Shown: one piece after another, positions 26,711-39,312 of the stretch | Layout: each line of letters opens with the position of its first letter | How positions within the stretch are numbered: the stretch's first letter is position 1 | DNA from: Eledone cirrhosa | Lineage: Eukaryota | Assembly (NCBI GenBank): GCA_964016885.1 | Contig: OZ024741.1 | Span: forward strand, 306,466,001-306,530,000 | Length of the DNA stretch: 64,000 bases | Direction: 5' to 3' | Notes under the pieces: model-generated | What the model saw: the letters and a program-made list of their open reading frames with translations, nothing else | Databases searched by the model: none | Told to the model about the DNA's origin: nothing | Made by a program: the position numbers and the translations under genes

Positions 26711-27195
26711 AATATATATATATAAAATATAAATATATAAATATATATATATAAAATATAAATATATATATATAAAATATAAGTATGTACACATACATAC
26801 ATATATGTATACAGACGTACAGTAGTATGTATATATATATACTACTGTACGGTGTGTTTGTAAACAAACATCCCGTATTAAGCCGTACAAACACACCGAG
26901 CATTATAATAAATGTTCAGTGAATCCATACGTACATATATATATGTGTGCATGTATGTATATATATATATATACATACTACTGTACGTCTGTATACATAC
27001 ATGTATGTACGTGTACATACTTATATTTAAGTAACAGCCGTACTAAGAGTGGGAAATGAAATTTCGTTTCATTTTTTCCGTTTATCGTTTTCAGTGAACC
27101 GGCCGATTAACCCATTTGATATGCAAATTGGGCTACTCAGCCGTTAATATGCATAAGGTAAGTATATACGTTCAACAATCTGGCAGGAAGGTATA

Positions 27196-27236
27196 CGTTG
27201 TTGACGATAGCTAATAAGCTTGAAACTAGTACAGCG
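27196..27236 (+). ncRNA. Minimal type I hammerhead, C3>U variant (probably impaired)
   Basis: CGUUG UUGACGA UAGCU-AAUA-AGCUU GAAA CUAG UA CAGCG. Confidence 0.65.
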
Positions 27237-27615
27237 TTCCTTTGTCAGTGTTGAACAAACGAGCAACGATGGTTGCTAGACACTACGGCTTAATACAGGA
27301 TGTTTGTTTACAAACACACCGAGCATTATATTAAATGTTCGGTGAATCCATACGTACATATATATATGTGTGCATGTATGTATATATATATACATACTAC
27401 TGTACGTCTGTATACATATATGTATGTACGTGTACATACTTACATTTAAGTAACAGCCGTACTAAGAGTGGGAAATGAAATTTTGTTTCATTTCATCCGT
27501 TTATCGTTTTCGGTGCACCCGGCCGATTAACCCACTCGATATGCAAATTGGGCTACTCAGCCGTTAATATGCATAAGGTAAGTATATACGTTCAACAATC
27601 TGGCAGGATGGTATA

Positions 27616-27656
27616 CGTTGCTGACGATAGCTAATAAGCTTGAAACTAGTACAGCG
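27616..27656 (+). ncRNA. Minimal type I hammerhead ribozyme, intact core
   Basis: CGUUG CUGACGA UAGCU-AAUA-AGCUU GAAA CUAG UA CAGCG. Palindromic ACUAGU stem III and a GUA cleavage site. Confidence 0.85.
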
Positions 27657-27773
27657 TTCCTTTGTCAGTGTTGAACAAACGAGCAACGATGGTTGCTAGA
27701 CACTACGGCTTAATACGGGATGTTTGTTTACAAACACACCGAGCATTATAATAAATGTTCGGTGAATCCATAC

Positions 27774-27818
<45 letters not shown>

Positions 27819-28047
27819 CATGTATGTATATATATATATACATACTACTGTACGTCTGTATACATATATGTATGTACGTGTACATACTTATATTTAAGTA
27901 ACAGCAGTACTAAGAGTGGGAAATGAAATTTCGATTCATTTTTTCCGTTTATATATAAAATATATATATATATATGTAATATATATATACAATATGTATA
28001 TATATAATACATATGTAATATATATATATAAAATATATATATGTAAT

Positions 28048-28123
<76 letters not shown>

Positions 28124-28130
<7 letters not shown>

Positions 28131-28301
28131 ATACTTTGGGAGGGTCATGTTGCCAATAAGAAACACACACACCAGTTGCTTTCACTTCAATTTATTATAA
28201 TAAATTTATAAATTTCCGGTTTATTATAATATATTGAAGTGAAAGCAACTGGTGCGTGTGTTTCTTATTGGCAACATGACCCTCCCAAAGTATAACAATA
28301 T
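28124..28301. repeat. Foldback palindrome with ~70-bp arms
   Basis: atattgttatactttgggagggtcatg...cttcaat / attgaag...catgaccctcccaaagtataacaatat. Confidence 0.9.
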
Positions 28302-28387
28302 CGGTTTCAACACACGTTTTCAGATAAAGAATCTTGCTAAACAAATTCAGAAACGAAATATATATATATACATATACATATAATATA

Positions 28388-29028
28388 TCTATATCTATAT
28401 CTACATATCTAAACAGAGAATGTCTGTCTGTCTGTCTGTCTGACTCCCTGAAACTCGAGAACCACCCAACCGATTGTTTCCAACCTTAACACATGTAATA
28501 CTTATGAGCCTGTGAGTGTTTTGACAAAAAATATTTCAAATTTTCAATGCCCAAGAGACGGCATTAGGCGATTTAGCGATCTCTCTCTATAATTCTTAGG
28601 CTTTCTTTTTAGATAGAGACATAGATATAACGTTGCACCCTTATAATATCTGTCTGTATGTCTGGCTGCATTACGACATTATGACGCTGTGTGTGTGTGT
28701 ATATATGTATATATAATGTGTGTATATATATTATGTGTATAGTGGGTAACGTTTTTCGAATTATTTACTTCTGCATTCACAGATTGATTTTTTTAGTTTC
28801 AGAAGATCCCGTTAAGGGTGAAAGCAGCGATTCTTTGCTTAAACTTTAATCTGTTATCTTAATATATATGTATATATAATTATATATTCGTGTACAGATA
28901 TTTTTGCATCCACAATAACAAAATATAAACAAACGTATTTATTTAACGAGGCGCGATAAGGATAAATATATATCAAATATATAGGAACTCTAGAGCAAAT
29001 CCCGAGCAACACCGGGCCATTCTGCTAG
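28388..29028 (+). mobile_element. Non-autonomous Helitron; related 5' portions at ~35872-36470
   Basis: 5' TC, (CTGT)n near the 5' end, 3' hairpin CCCG-agcaacac-CGGG, then CTAG followed by T. Confidence 0.75.
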
Positions 29029-29265
29029 TATACATATAATATGTATATAATATATATATATATGTATATAATATATATATGTACATATAATATATATTTA
29101 TATATACATATATTGGTGTTAGGAAGGGCATCCAGCTGTAGAAAACCCGCCAGATAGTCCTATGCGAGCAAGATAATCACTCTTGCCTCAAGTGGGAAAA
29201 CCCCCGTCCAAACCCATGCAAGCGTGGAACATGGACGTTAAACGTTGATGATGATGATGATGATG

Positions 29266-29327
<62 letters not shown>

Positions 29328-29389
29328 CGTGGAAGATGGACATTAAACGATGATGATGATGATGATGATGATATATATATATATAAACA

Positions 29390-30440
29390 CATAGAAAAAT
29401 GTTTAGAAAACAAATGGATTTTGAATAGGGTCAGAGAGAGCTGTTTAGGTTTGCAAGGCAGTTAATGAGAGATGTGATGTGACAGGGTGAACTTCTTTAG
29501 GACAAAGTGGAGGAAATTGTTGTTGACTTGGATGGAATTAAGAAAAGCTGGAAGAGATATATGGAGAATGTGGATATATATTGTTGAATGTGGAGAATGA
29601 ATGAAATGGTAACATAGAAGCAATCCAGTTCTTGGACTGATAGAGGAGGTAGCTGAAGAAGAAGTTAAGGAAGCATTTAAAAAGATGAGTGGAAAAGCAG
29701 GAGAGCAAACAGGTGTTGTGCGAGATATGTTAAAGACAGGGGAAAGTTGGGGTTGGAAGAGAATGACAGAGATCTGAAAGTTGGTCGTGAAACAAGACTA
29801 TTCCAGTGGATTTGCAGTTGAGTACTGTCATTCCTCTCAACAAGGAGAAAACCAATCCTCAATATTGTAGCTTGTATAGAATAATTAAGCCATTGCTACA
29901 TAAAATAAAGATATTGGAAAGAGTTTTAGAGAAGAGGATAAAAAGTGAAGATTAGTGAAATGAAGTTTGTATTTGTGCCAAGAAAAAAATCTGACTAAGA
30001 CAGCTACAGAAGTATAGGAACCAGAAGAAGAATTTGTTTTGGGGGTTTGTTGATCTGGAGAAAGCTTTCAATAAGGTCCCACATGAAGTAGTGACATTGG
30101 TGTTGGGAGTGGAAGAATGGTTGATTAGTGTAGTGATGACAATGCACGACAAAACATGTATAGATGTAAGGACAAAGTGACGGATGGAATGCATCAGGGA
30201 TCAGTCTTAAGTCCACTAGTCTTTGTAGTTGTGTTGAAGGTACTGGACCAACATAAAGAAGAGTTTACCATGGCAGCTGCTGTGCACAGATGGTAGAAAG
30301 GTGAATATTGAAAAGACGAAGGTGATGTAAGGTGGTAAAGCATTTGGTGAGATGGAAAGAACAGGAAGGTCGCTGTGTGTAGTATGCTAGTAGCATGCCT
30401 GAGTGAACTCCATTAAAAGTACAATGTGTACTGGGTGGAT
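29390..30440 (+). mobile_element. Old degenerate RTE RT fragment
   Basis: Remnants FVDLEKAFNKVP, GMHQGSVLSP and VNIEKTKV, with many stops. Confidence 0.7.
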
Positions 30441-30838
30441 ACATGGGTGATGTGTTGTTTCCTTGAACAAGACACTTTATTTCACATTGCTCCAGTTTAC
30501 TCAGCTGTAGAAATGAGATGATAGGACTGGGGTCCATATCATTCCTCTGCAAAGTGGTTGTGGAGGTGCCACGGCAAAAAAGCACACAGCCCACACTGTA
30601 AAGTGGACGTGTAGGCGCCGCGGGAAAAAAAAGCACCCAGCACTCACTGTAAATGAGGTTGGTGTTAGGAAGGGCATCCAGCTGTAGAAATCAAGCCAGA
30701 ATCAGTTCCCGTCCCACCCTTGCAAGCAGGGAAAAGCGGACGTAAAATGATGATGATGATGATGATATAGATATATATATGCAATATATATATTATATAT
30801 ATATATGTAATATATATATATATATTATATATATATGT

Positions 30839-30870
<32 letters not shown>

Positions 30871-31034
30871 CATTATCGGAGAAAGCTTTTAGCGATACTC
30901 CGGCCAAATTCCAACTTACTCAACAAACATTAGGAAATAAGTGAGTATATTCCTAATTAAACGTTCGGGGTGCTAACTAAATGTATATATATATATATAT
31001 TATATATATATATATGTAATATATATGGGCAGCC

Positions 31035-31085
31035 AGCTTCCTGATGATTTCTCATGAGTGAAACAGTTCTAGTGCTGTTGAAGCT
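31035..31085 (+). ncRNA. Type I hammerhead ribozyme
   Basis: AGCUUC CUGAUGA U-UUC-UCAU-GAG-U GAAA CAG-UUCUAGUG-CUG UU GAAGCU. Confidence 0.75.
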
Positions 31086-31344
31086 CTTCTATATTAAAAC
31101 TTTTATACTCTGCTATGTATTGAGTACCTTACTTACTGTGGTTACCTCCGATTCAACTCGGAATAACTTATATATACATATATATATATATGGTATATAT
31201 ATTATATATATATTACATATATATAAATATATGCAATATATATATATATGTAATATATATATATTATATATATATATTATATATATATATTATATATATA
31301 TATTATATATATATATTATATATATATATTATATATATATATAT

Positions 31345-34228
31345 TATACCTCCCAACATAGACTGATAATTAGCGACCTCATAGTCAGGACGAGACGTAC
31401 TCGACAGCAGAAGAGGACTATCCTCAGGAGCAAAATATGGAAGCTAAAGGACCCCACAGCCAGAAATAAATTTCAAAGCATATTACTTGATGCTTTCGAC
31501 AGTAAGGAAGAGCATTTAGAGTCGTACAATATAGAGGAACAGTGGGAATTCCTGAAAGCAAACCTGCTGATGGCGGCAGACGAGGTCTGTGGCCGGAGCA
31601 GGCCTATAGGCAGGAGGAGAGTAACATGGTGGTGGAACAGTAAGGTGGAGGAGTCGATTAAGGCCAAAAAGCAGGCTTGGAAAGTATGGCGGGATGGGGG
31701 AAGTAGAGAAGACTATCAAGTGGCCAGGAGGGAAGCTAGGAGACAAGTGTACTTCGCAAGAAGGGAAGCAGAGGAAAGAAATTTCAAGCATGTTCTACAA
31801 CGCGAGGACCAAAAACGTGAGGTGTTCAGGATTGCTAGGCAATGTGTCAAGGAAAACCGTGATATTGTTGGGGAGAAGTGTGTACTAAATGATGATGGCG
31901 TACTCGCCATCACTGACGCTGATAAGAAGGTCGCTTGGAAGTGTCACTATGAGAGGCTACTAAATGAGGAGAATAAATGGGAGAAAGATAGTCTCCCCCA
32001 GATCGATCCAATAGAGGGACCAGCAGTGTTAGTTGAAGGTAGTATAATAAGTAAGGCAATCAAAGATATGAAGACGGGTAAGGCGGCTGGGCCTTCGGAA
32101 ATAGTTGCTGAGATGCTGAAGGCCTCTGGAACGGTGGGTCACACCATGGTCACCGGGATAGTAAACCAAGTCATACAGAATGGGGTTGTTCCAAAGGACT
32201 GGCGTAGCAGCATCATCATTAACTGTTACAAGGGTAAAGGAGACGCCCTAAATAGGAGTAACTATAGAGGCATTAAATTAATCGACCAGGTCATGAAGGT
32301 CACGGAAAAAGTAATAGTGCAACTAATCAGAGAGAGAATCGATCTAGATGAAATGCAGTTCAGGTTTGTGTCAGACAAAAGTACCACAGACGCTCTTTTC
32401 ATTGTACGACAACTACAGGAGAAGTACCTAGCTAAAAGTAAACCCCTACACTTAGCCTTTGTCGACTTGGAGAATGCCTTCGACAGAGTCCCCCGTTCCA
32501 TTATCTGGTGGGCTCTTAGAAAACTAGGTGTTGACGAATGGCTTGTGAGAGCTATACAAGCCATGTATAAAGAAACAGTGAGCAAGGTTAGAATTAACAA
32601 CGAATATAGTGAAGAGTTTAGCGTAAAAGTTGGTGTCCATCAGGGCTCTGTTCTTAGCCCCCTACTATTTATTATTGCCCTTCAGGCTGTAACAGAGGAG
32701 TTCAAGGAACTCCTATATCCAGATGATCTAATGCTCATAGCTGAATCAATGGCTGAACTAGAGAATATATTCCAAACATGGAAGCACGGCCTAGAATCAA
32801 AAGGCCTTAAAATTAACCTGGCTAAGACTAAAGTTCTAGTTTGTAGGAAAGAAAATAAGGCGGCGGTCCCTTCAGGGAAATGGCCATGCTCAGTATGTAG
32901 GAAAGGTGTAGGTAGAAACTCCATTTTATGTCCCAAATGCAAAGTATGGGTGCATAAAAGATGTAGTGGGATCACAGGTAAGCTAACTAAGAACACAGAT
33001 TTTACATGTGGCCGGTGCTCTGGTGCAATAAGTAGCAGCAAGTGCCCACAAAATACTAGCTCTTTCAATTGCGCAGAGGGTTCTATAGAAATAGTGGACA
33101 GCTTCCGTTACCTGGGTGACAAAATCAGCAGTGGGGGAGGGTGCTCTGAAAGTACAGTAGCTGGATGGAAAAAGTTCAGAGAGCTTATACCACTATTAGC
33201 CGCTAAATGGTTCTCCCTAAAAATGAAAGGCAGGTTGTATGATGCCTGCATACGAACAGCAATGTTGCATGGCAGTGAGACCTGGGCATTGTGTGCAGAG
33301 GATATACGCAGACTAGAGAGGAACGAAGCTTGCATGCTCCGCTGGATATGTAATAGTAATATACGTGAACGGCAAAGCATAAACGAACTAAGGAAAAAAT
33401 TAGAAATAAGAGGGATCAGATGTTGTTTACTCGAGAGAAGGCTATGTTGGTATGGTCACGTGATGCGTATGAAAGACGACAGCTGTATAAAAAAGTGCAG
33501 GGCGATCAAAATAGACGGTAGCCACGGAGTAGGCAGACCCAGAAAAACCTGGGACGAGCTGATAAATTCCGACCTCACACACTTACACCTCTCCAAGACA
33601 ATGTCACTGGACCGAGACCTTTGGCGGTACTCAGTAATAGAGAAGACCCGCCTTACCTAAATACATAGTAAAACCTACTACAGCCAGTAGGCATCTCTAA
33701 CAAAATACACCCCCGTCCCACCACCCCCACCCCATCCACACCGCCCCTTTCAATGTAAAGTTATGTTGGTGCCACAACATCCAGGCCGAAACAAATGAGA
33801 TCGTGTAGGTGTCACGAAAAAAAAACACACAGTCCACGCTGTAAATGTGGTTGGTGTTAGGAAGGGCATCCAGCTGTAGAAAACCCGCCAGACAGTCCAC
33901 GCTGTAATGTGGCCTTGTAGGCAACACGGTAAAAACCTCCCAGCCCCACGCTGTAAATGTGGTTGGTGTTAGGAAGGGCATCCAGCTGTAGAAAACCCGC
34001 CAGACAGTCCACGCTGTAATGTGGCCTTGTAGGCAACACGGTAAAAACCTCCCAGCCCCACACTGTAAATGTGGTTGGTGTTAGGAAGGGCATCCAGCTG
34101 TAGAAAACCTGCCAGACAGTCCTATGCGAGCAAGAGAACCACTCTTGCCTCAAGTGGGAATACCCCCGTCCAAACCCATGCAAGCGTGGAACACGGACGT
34201 TAAACGTTGACGATGATGATGATGATGA
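31345..34228 (+). mobile_element. RTE-clade LINE (PHD-in-RT family), 5'-truncated, long open ORF; 3' UTR has a 112-bp tandem expansion
   Basis: The ORF is open to 33660 but has LYPDD and small in-frame deletions. The motif ctgtaaatgtggttgg recurs at ~33839, 33951 and 34063. Confidence 0.95.
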
Positions 34229-34255
34229 TTACATATGTTTTATATATATATTATA

Positions 34256-34325
<70 letters not shown>

Positions 34326-34337
34326 TTAATATAGATG

Positions 34338-34388
34338 AGATTCTACAAGACTAGAACTGTTTCATTCTTTAGAAATCATCAGGAATCT
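34338..34388 (-). ncRNA. Type I hammerhead ribozyme, same family as 31035-31085
   Basis: AGAUUC CUGAUGA U-UUC-UAAA-GAA-U GAAA CAG-UUCUAGUC-UUG UA GAAUCU. Confidence 0.8.
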
Positions 34389-34539
34389 GGGTATCAAAAA
34401 ATAAGTATGGTATTTATAGGTCTCTACAAGTGGTATGGTATTTATAGGTCTCTACAATTTTATAAATTTTGACATAACCAAGGAAAACTTGAACCGTTAA
34501 GGTATATTTTCCTTGGTTATGTCAAAATTTATAAAACAC

Positions 34540-35025
34540 ACTTCGTATTTTATGTGATGATAGCGTACCAAAATTTTGGTACCCTTGAAATATATATAAT
34601 AGAATAAATATGGTTTTATAAATATAGTTTCCATTTATTTAATAGAGAGAGTAAAGCTAAGAAACTATAGGGAGGTGTGTAGGAAACATACATAATACAT
34701 ACACACGACACTCAGCTTTATAATATTAATAGATTGAAGGTATGGAAAGTAAAAGAGTGTTGTCATATAGAGAGTGAAGAGAGACAGAGAGTAAAGCAGT
34801 TAAATTATAGAGAGGGTGAAAGAGAGAGAGACGACGCTCAACTTTATAACATTTGAGAGTGAAGAGCGACAGAGAGAGTAAAGCAGTTAAATTATAGAGA
34901 GGGGGAATGATCTATTATAGAGAGAGGGAAGAGCGACGGAGAGAGTAAAGTTAAGAAACTATAGGGAGGTGTGTAGGATACATACATAATACATACACAC
35001 GACACTCAGCATTATAATATTATAA
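34540..35025 (-). mobile_element. Probable non-autonomous Helitron 5' region with a duplicated head
   Basis: Minus strand TCTATTAATATTATAAAGCTGAGTGTCGTGTGTATGTATTATG occurs twice, with GA-rich subrepeats. Confidence 0.45.
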
Positions 35026-35109
35026 ATATATATATATAATATATATATATATTATATATATATCAAAATAAAGACCCAAAGGCATGGTATAAATTTCCAA
35101 TCATTTTAA

Positions 35110-35183
35110 TCACGACACATGTTTCAATAAGAGATAGATCGATCGTGTGGTCATGATCGATTATCACTGATCTCATCAGGTGA
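35110..35183 (-). ncRNA. Type I hammerhead ribozyme with a long stem II
   Basis: UCAC CUGAUGA [GAUCAGUGAUA-AUCGAUC...GAUCGAU-CUAUCUCUUAUU] GAAA CAUGUG UC GUGA. GUC cleavage site. Confidence 0.75.
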
Positions 35184-35808
35184 ATAATGAATTGTCTTCA
35201 AATCTTTGATATGAGGGAGGAAAAACTAACGATGTTCGCTCACTAGAGTTCTGTTCCCCATATGAAGATTCAGCAGCCAAAACACGCCAACTGCTATCGT
35301 CTTCAGTCAGTTTTTTTTTTATTTCAGTGTATATTTTTTCTAAAATTTTTGATATTGATTGTAACACACACGCATTCTTTATTTGTTTGTTTGGCATACC
35401 CCACCACGTGAAATGGTGGCAGGATAGATGCCAGTCTACACAATTAAATTCTTGAGACCATATCAGCAGCATACTAAGGTAGACCTGTTAGCTGAACTCT
35501 TAACACCACTACCATTACCACCACAGCAAAGGAGGTCAGCTGAACTCAAACATTCTGATAAAAACAACTATAACAGGCTGACCTGCCTCAGAAGAATTTC
35601 TATAGACTTTCGACTGGGGAATGGTCAGTCAACTGACCAATGGGATACGAGCGTGTCCTATGACGCCGAAATTCGTTTGGTCTAACTCATATCATTCCAG
35701 TTCCTCGGAGGACTAAAAACACACACAGGAGATGGACATATCAATGTATTGACAGAGTAGAACACACTTCAACAACAAGTGTATCTGTCTTTTCCACACC
35801 AATTCGGA

Positions 35809-35862
35809 CTGCCTGAAGACTGTGACAGTCAATAATAGCTGTCACCGAAATATATATAGCAG
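35809..35862 (+). ncRNA. Candidate type I hammerhead ribozyme
   Basis: CUGC CUGAAGA CU-GUGACAG...CUGUCAC-C GAAA UAUAUA UA GCAG. The base of stem II is irregular. Confidence 0.6.
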
Positions 35863-36470
35863 AAAATTATAATCTCTATATATAAAACTGAGGATGTCTG
35901 CGTGTATGTGTGTGAGTTTGAATCCCTAAAACTCAAGAACCACCCAACCGACTGCTTTCAAACTTTACACATGTAATACTTATGTTTCAGGGAGTGTTCT
36001 GAGCAAAAGAATTTTCAAATTTTCAATGCCCTAGGGACCGCATTAGGCGATTTAGCGATCTCTCTCTATAATTCTTAGTCTTTCTCTTTTTTGATAGATA
36101 CATACATATAACGTCGCGCCCTTATAATATTTGTCTGTATGTCTGGCTGTCTGCATTACGTCACTTCCCTGAGGATGTCTGTGTGTGTGTGTGTGCCTAT
36201 GAGTTTGAATCCCTAAAACTTGAGAAGTACCCAACCGATTTTTTCAAACTTTACATGTGTATTACTTATGTTTCAGGGAGTGTTATGCACATAAATCCAA
36301 CTTTTTGCTCTCCTAGGGCCCGCATTAGGTGAAAAACTGCGTTTTTCAAGCTTTTTAGGGTTTTTTGAGGCGTTACGTCAGACCGATTTCCTTGCAATTG
36401 TAACTATGTATTAGTCAGTCTCTTCTTCATATCGTGAGCAAAGAAAATCCAACTTTTTTTATGGCCTAGC

Positions 36471-37065
36471 ATGCAAATAACAAAGCCAGAGGATTTCTTT
36501 GATGCCACAACACTCCATGAAGAAATGGTGACCATCAACCACATAGGACATAACGGAGGAGGATGTGGTATCCGCCATAGACGAAATTAGAACAGACTCG
36601 GCTGCTGGACCTGAAGGATTCCCAGCAGTCCTAAAAACATGTAAGTGTGCCTTAGCAACTCCATTGACGACCCTCTTCAGAAGCTCCTTGGCTAGCGGTA
36701 AACTACCCAGAGAGCTGAAAGAAGGCACAATATTCCCTATCCATAAGGGAGGAAGTAGAGCGGAGGCCGTAAACTACAGGCCAGTCTCCCTGACATCAGA
36801 TATCAGTAAGGTCATAGAGCAAATCATCAGAAAGAAACTGATCATATTCCTTGAGGAAAATGACCTGACTGCCTGACTTTGCACGCAGCATGGCTTTCAC
36901 CCAGGAAGAAGCTGCCTTACACAGGTGCTACAACACTATGACTGGGTACTGAAACAACTGCTATACAGCGCACATGTGGACGTGATATATCTTGAATTTG
37001 CGAAAGCCTTTGACAAGGTCTACCACGGAATGATATGTCACAAACTACACAGACTCGGCATAACT
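36471..37065 (+). mobile_element. CR1-clade LINE internal RT fragment
   Basis: Encodes SAAGPEG, PIHKGGSRAEAVNYRPVSLTS, QHGF and IYLEFAKAFDKV. Confidence 0.85.
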
Positions 37066-37328
37066 CTTGAGAGAGAGAGCCAAAGAAAGAATTGATTCTA
37101 ATACTGGACTGGTGATTTATGGGCATTATAAGGCTAAAGGTCAAAGGTGATCATGACAGAATTTAAACTCAGAGCACATTGAGTTGAAATGAATACCATA
37201 AGGCATTCTAGCTAAGATTCTAACAAACAAAACTGTCAATTCACTATCAAGAAATCAATATACCCTAACCTTTTAATGGCCTGGCCAATTCAATACAAAT
37301 AAAAGAAAAGAAGTATAACATTTCCTAC

Positions 37329-37478
37329 CTGCGCCACAACGAGTAGTATTGGTACAGACAACAATCTTATTTTCATTACATTTACAAGTACTGCAGCCAT
37401 CAGGGGAATAAAATATTTCTCCAATTTCAAAGAGGAAACCATTGTCGATGCAGCTGTTCCTTACAGTTAAGGCAGAAT
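37329..37478 (-). CDS. Internal exon (1st seen), pacifastin/VWC-like module
   Basis: aaatattttcAG|AT TCT... to ...GCA G|GTAGGA. 150 nt, phase 1-1. Encodes SALTVRNSCIDNGFLFEIGEIFYSPDGCSTCKCNENKIVVCTNTTRCGA. Confidence 0.85.
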
Positions 37479-37566
37479 CTGAAAATATTTCAGTATAACT
37501 GCTTTCTTTTGTCTGCATACATTGCAATATATATAATGGGAAATAGAGACAAAATGTTGATGCTAA

Positions 37567-37606
<40 letters not shown>

Positions 37607-37613
37607 ATACACT

Positions 37614-37671
<58 letters not shown>

Positions 37672-37760
37672 CTTACATACAAACATACACACATAAAGAA
37701 ACATATATACATATACACACACACACACATATGAAACAATATACATACACACACACATAC

Positions 37761-37815
<55 letters not shown>

Positions 37816-39273
37816 CGTACATATATGCATATACACACATACATATATACAACATAAATTACAATCAAATGGTGTTTAAAACATTTAATAGCTTACAGTT
37901 GGTTCATCCAGATATAAGTCTGGAATCATCGGAGCATACAAAGGTCAAAACAAATATAATCCTATTCACTTGAACATTTAGCAGAGTACATTATAGGTGA
38001 GAAAAATAAGTATAAGTATTAACATCAATATATTATAGAGCAAAAGTATAAAAATTGAACAGACATAAAAATTGTAATGAAAAATGATAATAAAGCTATA
38101 ATGTAAATAATTGGAGGTATAGGTTATAGATATGGATATGAAAGGCATTAATACATAAATTGTCATGGTTATTAATTATAGCAAAAATATCAATTACAAT
38201 AGAATACAAGCAATATATGTAATGTAAGCAGAATGGTATAATGAAAGCATATAATGTAGGTATTGAAAATCATGATATAAATATCAAAGAATATATAGAT
38301 TTCGGGCAAAAATCTTATAATATTAGTCATAATATCAATGCAGTTCAATATAAAGTTTAAAAAACCTTTCCTTAAGACTATATTAATAATTGTTTCTACT
38401 TTTGGTACAAGGCCAGTAATTACCCAGTGCATTACTGGTACTTTATTTTATCGACCCCCGTAAGGATGAAAGGCAAAGTTAACCTCAGTGGGATTTGAAC
38501 TCAGATCATAAAGGGCCGTAACTCTTCGCTGCAAAGCATGGCATCAGACCCTCTACCGATACTGCCAATCCACCGCCCTAAAACTATATTAATAATATAA
38601 GTAACAATCTGATGTCCGTGTGTGGTTCTGTCATAATAAAAGTTACGATTATATAAATACAATTAATATTGTTTATTTCCATTCAGTAAACAATAGTAAT
38701 TATAGATAGTGAAGATACTTAATGTTCCACATGTTTGAAAGAGTAGTATATGCTGGATGAAGTTAAAATTCAAATATCAGTAAGTAAAGGTTCCTGGATT
38801 ATGTCTGGGGTTTATAAATGTGTATTAAACCGTTAAAATTTGAAGGGGGGAAGTTGCATATAAACTAAGGGAGGTAATTCATATGAGATGTTGGCTTAAT
38901 AAATATTATGGGTTTATAAATGTCTATAATTATATATTAAGTATTATTAAACTTATAAATATAGAGCTACTGACTTATAAGATAAAATAATATTAAGAAA
39001 ATAAAAAAAAATTGTTATATATTACAATGTTATAAACATTGTCATTAGTTATATATCTATCCTTTACTATATTCGATTGGGTAATTGCTGGCCTTGTGCC
39101 AAAAATAGAAACAATTATATTTAATACAATTTTTTTTTATATATAATAGAAACAAATTTTTAAAAGTAAAGAATTTTTTTGACAAACCAAAGTCAGTACA
39201 TACACACATTAAATTTATAATATACCTAATGTAACTATTATTCACCACCCACCGAACATATATTATATTTATT

Positions 39274-39312
<39 letters not shown>

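Larger units (their letters stand above)
26778..27950 (+). repeat. Retrozyme-like tandem array (~2.5 units, 420-bp period) with an inverted 5' segment (26778-26886)
   Basis: The lines starting at 27181 and 27601 are nearly identical (offset 420). Each full unit carries a hammerhead motif. Confidence 0.85.

Noticed and set aside
26778-27950. CRISPR-like or prokaryotic repeat interpretation
   Set aside because: The context is eukaryotic, the units are whole tandem copies without unique spacers, and there are no cas genes.
31054-31345. Hydrophobic N-terminus of the 868-aa ORF, suggesting a domesticated or secreted RT fusion
   Set aside because: It is chance read-through from a pLTR-like segment and stop-free (TA)n into a truncated RTE whose catalytic motif is altered (YPDD).
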